From the human T2T-CHM13v2.0 reference genome, Homo sapiens: 64,000 nt of DNA. The notes under the pieces are model-generated. The model saw only the letters and a list, made by a program, of their open reading frames with translations, was not told where the DNA came from and made no database searches. How positions within the stretch are numbered: position 1 is the stretch's first letter; every line of letters starts with the position of its first letter. Location of the stretch: the NCBI RefSeq assembly GCF_009914755.1, contig NC_060927.1; one strand, given 5' to 3'. Of the stretch, positions 54,901-64,000 are shown piece after piece. A program made the translations under genes and the position numbers.

Positions 54901-57900
54901 TACTGAGAATTCTTTTGTCAAGAATTACAAGAAGAAATCCCGTTTCCAACGAAGGCCTCAAAGAGTTCCAAATATCCACTTGCACACTGCACAAACTAAG
55001 TCTTTCCAAACTGCTCTATGCAAAGAAATGTTCAACTCTGTGAGTGTAATACGCACATCACAAAGCAGTTTCTGAGAATGATACTGTCTAGTTTTTATAC
55101 GAAGATATTTCCTTTTGTACCATTGGCCTCATACTGCTAGAATTTTCCACTTGCAAATTCCACAAAAAGAGTGTTTCCAATCCGCTCTGTCTAAAGGAAG
55201 GTTCAACTCTCTGATTTGAATACATACATCCCAAAAGAAGTTCCTGAGAATTCTTCTGTCTAGCATTATGTGAAGAAATCCCGTTTCCAACGAAAGCCTC
55301 AAAGAGGTCCAAATATCCAGTTGCAGAATTTACAAACTGACTGTTTCCAAACTCATCTATGAAAAGAAAGGTTAAACTCTGGGAGTTGAATGCACATATC
55401 ACAAAGTAGTTCCTGAGAATGATTCTGTCTAATTTTCATACGAAGATATTTCCTTTTCCACCAATGGCCTCAAAGTGCTTGAAATCTCCCCTTGCAAATT
55501 CCACAGACAAGTGTTTCAAATCTGCACTGTCTAAAGGAAGGTTCAACCCTGTGAGTTGAATACACACACACAGAAAAAAATTCACTGAGAATTCTATTGT
55601 CTATCATTACACGAAGAAATCCCGTTTACTACGAAGGCCTCAAAGAGGTCCAAATATCCAGCTGCAGACATTTCAAACTGAGTGTTTCCAAAGTGCTCTA
55701 TGAAAAGAAGTGTTAAACACTGTGAGTTCAATGCACACATCCCAAAGCAGTTTCTGAGAATGATTCCGTCTATTTTTTCTACGCAGATATTTCCTTTTCT
55801 GCCGTTGGCCTCAAAGCGCTTGAAATCTCCACTTGCAAATTCCACAAAAAGAGAGTTTCAAATCTGCTCTGTCTAAAGGAAGGTTCAACTCTGTGAGTTG
55901 AATACACACCACAAAAAGAAGTTACTGAGAATTCTTCTGTCTAGCATTATATGAAAAATCCCGTTTCCAACGAAGGCCACAAAGAGGTCCAAATATCCAC
56001 TTGCAGATTCTGCAAAAAGAGTGTTTCCAAACTGCTCTATGAAAAGAAACGTTAAACTCTGTGAGTTGAACGCAAACATCACAAAGTAGTTTCTGAGAAT
56101 GACTCCGTCTAGTTTTTATACGAAGATATTTCCTTTCCTACCATTCACTTCAAAGCGCTTGAAGTCTCCCCCTGAAAATTCCACAAAAAGTGTTTCCAAT
56201 CTGCTCCGCCTAAAGGAAGCTTCAACTCTGTGACTTGAATACCCACAACCCAAAGAAGTTACTGAGAATTCTTCTGTCTAGCATTATATGAAGAAATCCC
56301 GTTTCCAACGAAGGCCTCAAATACATCCAAATATCCAGTTGCTGACTTTACAAACTGAGTGTTTCCAAACTGCTCTATGAAAAGAAAGGTTAAACACTGT
56401 GAGTTGAACACACACGTACCAAAGTAGTTTCTGAGAATGATTCTGTCTAGTTTGCATACGAAGATATTTCCTTTTCTACCATTGGCCTCAAAGCTCTGAA
56501 ATCTCCACTTGCAAATTCCACAAAAAGAGAGTTTCAAATCTGCTGTTTCTAAAGGAAAGTTCAACTCTGAGAGTTGAATACACACCAGAAAAAGCAGTTA
56601 CTGAGAAGTCTTCTGTCTAGCATTATATGAAGAAATCCCATTTCCAACGAAGACTTCAAAGAGGTCCAAATATCCACTTGCAGATTCTGCAAAAAGAGTG
56701 TTTCGAAACAACTCTATGAAAAGAAAGGTTAAACACTGTGAGTTGAACGCACACATTGCAAAGCAGTTTCTGAGAATGATTCCGTCTAATTATTATACGA
56801 AGGTATTTCCTTTTCTATCATTGGCCTCAAAGCGCTTGATACCTCCACCTGAAAATTCCACAAAAAGAGTGTTTCCAATCTACTCTGTCTAAAGGAACGT
56901 TCAACTCTGTGAGTTGAATACACACACACAGAAAGAATTCACTGAGAATTCTTCTGTCTGGCATTACATGAAGAAATCCCGTTTCCAACGAAGGCCTCAA
57001 AGAGGTCCAAATATCCACTTGCAGATTCTGCAAAAAGAGTGTTTCAAAACCGCTCCATTAAAAGGAATGTTGAACTCTGTGAGTTGAATGCAAACATCAC
57101 AACTCAGTTGCTGAGAATGCTTCTGACTAGATTTTATGGTAAGATATTTCCTTTTCTACCGTAGGCTTCAATGCCCTCTAAATACACCCTTGCAAATTCT
57201 ACAAAGAGACTGTTTCATAACTGCTCTATAGGAAGAAAGGTTCAACTCTGTGAGTTGAATGCAGAGATCACAACGTGGTTTCTGCGAATGATTCTTTGTA
57301 GTTTTTACATGAAGATATTTCGTTGTCAACCGTAGGCTTCAAAGCACTCAAAGTATTCACTTGGAACTTTTACAAAAAGAGTGTTAGAAAACTGCTCTTT
57401 CCAAAGTAAGGTTCAACTCTGTGAGTTGAATGCACACATAACAATCAAGAAGTTTCTGAGAATTCTTCTGTCCTGGTTCATATGAAGAAATCCCGTTTCC
57501 AACGAAGGCCTCAAAGACGTTTAAATATCCACTTGCAGACTTCACAAACAGAGGGTTTCCAAACTGCTCTATGAAAAGAAAGGTTAAACTCTGTGAGTTG
57601 AACGCACACATCACAAAGTAGCTTCTGAGAATGATACTGTCTAGTTTTTATACGAAGATATTTCCTTTCTACCATTGGCGTCAAAGCGCTAGAATTCTCC
57701 ACTTGCAAATTCCACAAAAAGAGTGTTTCCAATCTGCTCTGTCTAAAGGAAGGTTCAACTCTGTGAGTTGAATACACACACACAAAGAAGCTACTGAGAA
57801 TTCTTTTGTCAAGAATTATAAGAAGAAATCCCGTTTCCAACGAAGGCCTCAAAGAGTTCCAAATATCCACTTGCACACTGCACAAACTAAGTCTTTCCAA

Positions 57901-60900
57901 ACTGCTCTATGCAAAGAAATGTTCAACTCTGTGAGTTTAATACACACATCACAAAGCAGTTTCTGAGAATGATACTGTCTAGTTTTTATACGAAGATATT
58001 TCCTTTTGTACCATTGGCCTCATACTGCTAGAATTTTCCACTTGCAAATTCCACAAAAAGAGTGTTTCCAATCCGCTCTGTCTAAAGGAAGGTTCAACTC
58101 TCTGATTTGAATACATACATCCCAAAAGAAGTTCCTGAGAATTCTTCTGTCTAGCATTATGTGAAGAAATCCCGTTTCCAACGAAAGCCTCAAAGAGGTC
58201 CAAATATCCAGTTGCAGAATTTACAAACTGACTGTTTCCAAACTCATCTATGAAAAGAAAGGTTAAACTCTGGGAGTTGAATGCACATATCACAAAGTAG
58301 TTCCTGAGAATGATTCTGTCTAGTTTTCATACGAAGATATTTCCTTTTCCACCAATGGCCTCAAAGTGCTTGAAATCTCCCCTTGCAAATTCCACAGACA
58401 AGTGTTTCAAATCTGCACTGTCTAAAGGAAGGTTCAACCCTGTGAGTTGAATACACACACACAGAAAAAAATTCACTGAGAATTCTATTGTCTATCATTA
58501 CACGAAGAAATCCCGTTTACTACGAAGGCCTCAAAGAGGTCCAAATATCCAGCTGCAGACATTACAAACTGAGTGTTTCCAAAGTGCTCTATGAAAAGAA
58601 GTGTTAAACACTGTGAGTTCAATGCACACATCCCAAAGCAGTTTCTGAGAATGATTCCGTCTATTTTTTCTACGAAGATATTTCCTTTTCTGCCGTTGGC
58701 CTCAAAGCGCTTGAAATCTCCACTTGCAAATTCCACAAAAAGAGAGTTTCAAATCTGCTCTGTCTAAAGGAAGGTTCAACTCTGTGAGTTGAATACACAC
58801 CACAAAAAGAAGTTACTGAGAATTCTTCTGTCTAGCATTATATGAAAAATCCCGTTTCCAACGAAGGCCACAAAGAGGTCCAAATATCCACTTGCAGATT
58901 CTGCAAAAAGAGTGTTTCCAAACTGCTCTATGAAAAGAAACGTTAAACTCTGTGAGTTGAACGCAAACATCACAAAGTAGTTTCTGAGAATGACTCCGTC
59001 TAGTTTTTATACGAAGATATTTCCTTTCCTACCATTCACTTCAAAGCGCTTGAAGTCTCCCCCTGAAAATTCCACAAAAAGTGTTTCCAATCTGCTCCGC
59101 CTAAAGGAAGCTTCAACTCTGTGACTTGAATACCCACAACCCAAAGAAGTTACTGAGAATTCTTCTGTCTAGCATTATATGAAGAAATCCCGTTTCCAAC
59201 GAAGGCCTCAAATACATCCAAATATCCAGTTGCTGACTTTACAAACTGAGTGTTTCCAAACTGCTCTATGAAAAGAAAGGTTAAACACTGTGAGTTGAAC
59301 ACACACGTACCAAAGTAGTTTCTGAGAATGATTCTGTCTAGTTTGCATACGAAGATATTTCCTTTTCTACCATTGGCCTCAAAGCTCTGAAATCTCCACT
59401 TGCAAATTCCACAAAAAGAGAGTTTCAAATCTGCTGTTTCTAAAGGAAAGTTCAACTCTGAGAGTTGAATACACACCAGAAAAAGCAGTTACTGAGAAGT
59501 CTTCTGTCTAGCATTATATGAAGAAATCCCATTTCCAACGAAGACTTCAAAGAGGTCCAAATATCCACTTGCAGATTCTGCAAAAAGAGTGTTTCGAAAC
59601 AACTCTATGAAAAGAAAGGTTAAACACTGTGAGTTGAACGCACACATTGCAAAGCAGTTTCTGAGAATGATTCCGTCTAATTATTATACGAAGGTATTTC
59701 CTTTTCTATCATTGGCCTCAAAGCGCTTGATACCTCCACCTGAAAATTCCACAAAAAGAGTGTTTCCAATCTACTCTGTCTAAAGGAACGTTCAACTCTG
59801 TGAGTTGAATACACACACACAGAAAGAATTCACTGAGAATTCTTCTGTCTGGCATTACATGAAGAAATCCCGTTTCCAACGAAGGCCTCAAAGAGGTCCA
59901 AATATCCACTTGCAGATTCTGCAAAAAGAGTGTTTCAAAACCGCTCCATTAAAAGGAATGTTGAACTCTGTGAGTTGAATGCAAACATCACAACTCAGTT
60001 GCTGAGAATGCTTCTGACTAGATTTTATGGTAAGATATTTCCTTTTCTACCGTAGGCTTCAATGCCCTCTAAATACACCCTTGCAAATTCTACAAAGAGA
60101 CTGTTTCATAACTGCTCTATAGGAAGAAAGGTTCAACTCTGTGAGTTGAATGCAGAGATCACAACGTGGTTTCTGCGAATGATTCTTTGTAGTTTTTACA
60201 TGAAGATATTTCGTTGTCAACCGTAGGCTTCAAAGCACTCAAAGTATTCACTTGGAACTTTTACAAAAAGAGTGTTAGAAAACTGCTCTTTCCAAAGTAA
60301 GGTTCAACTCTGTGAGTTCAATGCACACATAACAATCAAGAAGTTTCTGAGAATTCTTCTGTCCTGGTTTATATGAAGAAATCCCGTTTCCAACGAAGGC
60401 CTCAAAGACGTTTAAATATCCACTTGCAGACTTCACAAACAGAGGGTTTCCAAACTGCTCTATGAAAAAAAAGGTTAAACTCTGTCAGTTGAACGCACAC
60501 ATCACAAAGTAGCTTCTGAGAATGATACTGTCTAGTTTTTATACGAAGATATTTCCTTTCTACCATTGGCGTCAAAGCGCTAGAATTCTCCACTTGCAAA
60601 TTCCACAAAAAGAGTGTTTCCAATCTGCTCTGTCTAAAGGAAGGTTCAACTCTGTGAGTTGAATACACACACACAAAGAAGCTACTGAGAATTCTTTTGT
60701 CAAGAATTACAAGAAGAAATCCCGTTTCCAACGAAGGCCTCAAAGAGTTCCAAATATCCACTTGCACACTGCACAAACTAAGTCTTTCCAAACTGCTCTA
60801 TGCAAAGAAATGTTCAACTCTGTGAGTTTAATATGCACATCACAAAGCAGTTTCTGAGAATGATACTGTCTAGTTTTTATACGAAGATATTTCCTTTTGT

Positions 60901-61998
60901 ACCATTGGCCTCATACTGCTAGAATTTTCCACTTGCAAATTCCACAAAAAGAGTGTTTCCAATCCGCTCTGTCTAAAGGAAGGTTCAACTCTCTGATTTG
61001 AATACATACATCCCAAAAGAAGTTCCTGAGAATTCTTCTGTCTAGCATTATGTGAAGAAATCCCGTTTCCAACGAAAGCCTCAAAGAGGTCCAAATATCC
61101 AGTTGCAGAATTTACAAACTGACTGTTTCCAAACTCATCTATGAAAAGAAAGGTTAAACTCTGGGAGTTGAATGCACATATCACAAAGTAGTTCCTGAGA
61201 ATGATTCTGTCTAGTTTTCATACGAAGATATTTCCTTTTCCACCAATGGCCTCAAAGTGCTTGAAATCTCCCCTTGCAAATTCCACAGACAAGTGTTTCA
61301 AATCTGCACTGTCTAAAGGAAGGTTCAACCCTGTGAGTTGAATACACACACACAGAAAAAAATTCACTGAGAATTCTATTGTCTATCATTACACGAAGAA
61401 ATCCCGTTTACTACGAAGGCCTCAAAGAGGTCCAAATATCCAGCTGCAGACATTACAAACTGAGTGTTTCCAAAGTGCTCTATGAAAAGAAGTGTTAAAC
61501 ACTGTGAGTTCAATGCACACATCCCAAAGCAGTTTCTGAGAATGATTCCGTCTATTTTTTCTACGAAGATATTTCCTTTTCTGCCGTTGGCCTCAAAGCG
61601 CTTGAAATCTCCACTTGCAAATTCCACAAAAAGAGAGTTTCAAATCTGCTCTGTCTAAAGGAAGGTTCAACTCTGTGAGTTGAATACACACCACAAAAAG
61701 AAGTTACTGAGAATTCTTCTGTCTAGCATTATATGAAAAATCCCGTTTCCAACGAAGGCCACAAAGAGGTCCAAATATCCACTTGCAGATTCTGCAAAAA
61801 GAGTGTTTCCAAACTGCTCTATGAAAAGAAACGTTAAACTCTGTGAGTTGAACGCAAACATCACAAAGTAGTTTCTGAGAATGACTCCGTCTAGTTTTTA
61901 TACGAAGATATTTCCTTTCCTACCATTCACTTCAAAGCGCTTGAAGTCTCCCCCTGAAAATTCCACAAAAAGTGTTTCCAATCTGCTCCGCCTAAAGG
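9960..61998 (-). repeat. Run of 18 canonical-length HOR units
   Basis: HindIII spacing is 2,891 bp except 2,890 (1-bp deletion near 10054), 2,895 (AAAG duplication at 36013-36020) and 2,889 (CA deletion at 46211-46220). Confidence 0.95.
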
Positions 61999-64000
61999 AA
62001 GCTTCAACTCTGTGACTTGAATACCCACAACCCAAAGAAGTTACTGAGAATTCTTCTGTCTAGCATTATATGAAGAAATCCCGTTTCCAACGAAGGCCTC
62101 AAATACATCCAAATATCCAGTTGCTGACTTTACAAACTGAGTGTTTCCAAACTGCTCTATGAAAAGAAAGGTTAAACACTGTGAGTTGAACACACACGTA
62201 CCAAAGTAGTTTCTGAGAATGATTCTGTCTAGTTTGCATACGAAGATATTTCCTTTTCTACCATTGGCCTCAAAGCTCTGAAATCTCCACTTGCAAATTC
62301 CACAAAAAGAGAGTTTCAAATCTGCTGTTTCTAAAGGAAAGTTCAACTCTGAGAGTTGAATACACACCAGAAAAAGCAGTTACTGAGAAGTCTTCTGTCT
62401 AGCATTATATGAAGAAATCCCATTTCCAACGAAGACTTCAAAGAGGTCCAAATATCCACTTGCAGATTCTGCAAAAAGAGTGTTTCGAAACAACTGTATG
62501 AAAAGAAAGGTTAAACACTGTGAGTTGAACGCACACATTGCAAAGCAGTTTCTGAGAATGATTCCGTCTAATTATTATACGAAGGTATTTCCTTTTCTAT
62601 CATTGGCCTCAAAGCGCTTGATACCTCCACCTGAAAATTCCACAAAAAGAGTGTTTCCAATCTACTCTGTCTAAAGGAACGTTCAACTCTGTGAGTTGAA
62701 TACACACACACAGAAAGAATTCACTGAGAATTCTTCTGTCTGGCATTACATGAAGAAATCCCGTTTCCAACGAAGGCCTCAAAGAGGTCCAAATATCCAC
62801 TTGCAGATTCTGCAAAAAGAGTGTTTCAAAACCGCTCCATTAAAAGGAATGTTGAACTCTGTGAGTTGAATGCAAACATCACAACTCAGTTGCTGAGAAT
62901 GCTTCTGACTAGATTTTATGGTAAGATATTTCCTTTTCTACCGTAGGCTTCAATGCCCTCTAAATACACCCTTGCAAATTCTACAAAGAGACTGTTTCAT
63001 AACTGCTCTACAGGAAGAAAGGTTCAACTCTGTGAGTTGAATGCAGAGATCACAACGTGGTTTCTGCGAATGATTCTTTGTAGTTTTTACATGAAGATAT
63101 TTCGTTGTCAACCGTAGGCTTCAAAGCACTCAAAGTATTCACTTGGAACTTTTACAAAAAGAGTGTTAGAAAACTGCTCTTTCCAAAGTAAGGTTCAACT
63201 CTGTGAGTTGAATGCACACATAACAATCAAGAAGTTTCTGAGAATTCTTCTGTCCTGGTTTATATGAAAAAATCCCGTTTCCAACGAAGGCCTCAAAGAC
63301 GTTTAAATATCCACTTGCAGACTTCACAAACAGAGGGTTTCCAAACTGCTCTATGAAAAGAAAGGTTAAACTCTGTGAGCTGAACGCACACATCACAAAG
63401 TAGCTTCTGAGAATGATACTGTCTAGTTTTTATACGAAGATATTTCCTTTCTACCATTGGCGTCAAAGCGCTAGAATTCTCCACTTGCAAATTCCACAAA
63501 AAGAGTGTTTCCAATCTGCTCTGTCTAAAGGAAGGTTCAACTCTGTGAGTTGAATACACACACACAAAGAAGCTACTGAGAATTCTTTTGTCAAGAATTA
63601 TAAGAAGAAATCCCGTTTCCAACGAAGGCCTCAAAGAGTTCCAAATATCCACTTGCACACTGCACAAACTAAGTCTTTCCAAACTGCTCTATGCAAAGAA
63701 ATGTTCAACTCTGTGAGTTTAATACACACATCACAAAGCAGTTTCTGAGAATGATACTGTCTAGTTTTTATACGAAGATATTTCCTTTTGTACCATTGGC
63801 CTCATACTGCTAGAATTTTCCACTTGCAAATTCCACAAAAAGAGTGTTTCCAATCCGCTCTGTCTAAAGAAAGGTTCAACTCTCTGATTTGAATACATAC
63901 ATCCCAAAAGAAGTTACTGAGAATTCTTCTGTCTAGCATTATGTGAAGAAATCCCGTTTCCAACGAAAGCCTCAAAGAGGTCCAAATATCCAGTTGCAGA

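Larger units (their letters stand above)
1..64000 (-). repeat. D3Z1: Centromeric alpha-satellite HOR array, 17-mer, 2,891-bp unit, most likely human chr3 D3Z1 (S01/1C3H1L)
   Basis: Continuous ~170-bp alphoid monomers. The ORF track recurs every 2,891 bp (136, 3027, 5918...). A single HindIII site AAGCTT marks each unit at 94, 2985, 5876, 9960, 12850, 15741, 18632, 21523, 24414, 27305, 30196, 33087, 35978, 38873, 41764, 44655, 47544, 50435, 53326, 56217, 59108 and 61999. Alpha-satellite identity is essentially certain; the chr3 assignment rests on the known 17-mer/2.9-kb HindIII unit. Strand follows CENP-B box orientation. Confidence 0.93.

Noticed and set aside
136-63682. About 190 short ORFs (61-129 aa) recurring in every unit
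   Set aside because: They are chance open frames in alpha satellite that repeat with the HOR period, overlap on both strands, and open or close with single SNPs or indels. Many start at non-ATG codons and none resembles a protein family I recognise.
1-64000. CRISPR-like regularly spaced repeats
   Set aside because: The intervening sequences are homologous alphoid monomers rather than unique spacers, and there are no cas genes.
1-64000. L1/Alu insertion, HSat block or inversion within the array
   Set aside because: HindIII spacing accounts for all bases between 94 and 61999 and the ends continue in register. All CENP-B boxes face the same way, and I saw no poly-A tail or non-alphoid sequence.
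1-64000. Assignment to other HORs (D6Z1 18-mer, D17Z1 16-mer, DXZ1 12-mer, D1Z7/D5Z2/D19Z3)
   Set aside because: The unit is 17 monomers (2,891 bp) with dimeric rather than pentameric box spacing, which fits D3Z1. This was not confirmed by alignment.
1-64000. A previously undescribed gene-encoded biological system
   Set aside because: Nothing in the sequence supports one. The window is a known class of centromeric satellite, and any novelty is limited to array structure and mutational patterns.

Overview
The whole 64 kb window is primate (human-type) centromeric alpha satellite: head-to-tail ~170-bp monomers in a 17-monomer, 2,891-bp higher-order repeat (HOR) with one HindIII site per unit and CENP-B boxes on the minus strand in roughly every second monomer. 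The 17-mer/2.9-kb HindIII period and the dimeric SF1-type monomers match the live chromosome 3 array D3Z1 (S01/1C3H1L); this assignment is from recall, not an alignment. I see no genes, RNA genes, transposon insertions or inversions, and every listed ORF is a repeat artefact. I found no new gene system. The notable features are structural. (1) One 24-monomer, 4,084-bp variant unit has its junction in a 7-bp microhomology that is also one arm of a 15-bp inverted repeat. (2) Shared SNPs reveal nested 1-, 2- and 3-HOR duplications. (3) A haplotype switch near 30-32 kb coincides with a dense tract resembling gene conversion. (4) There are recurrent CENP-B box knock-outs and short dyad symmetries. 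All SNP calls were read by eye.
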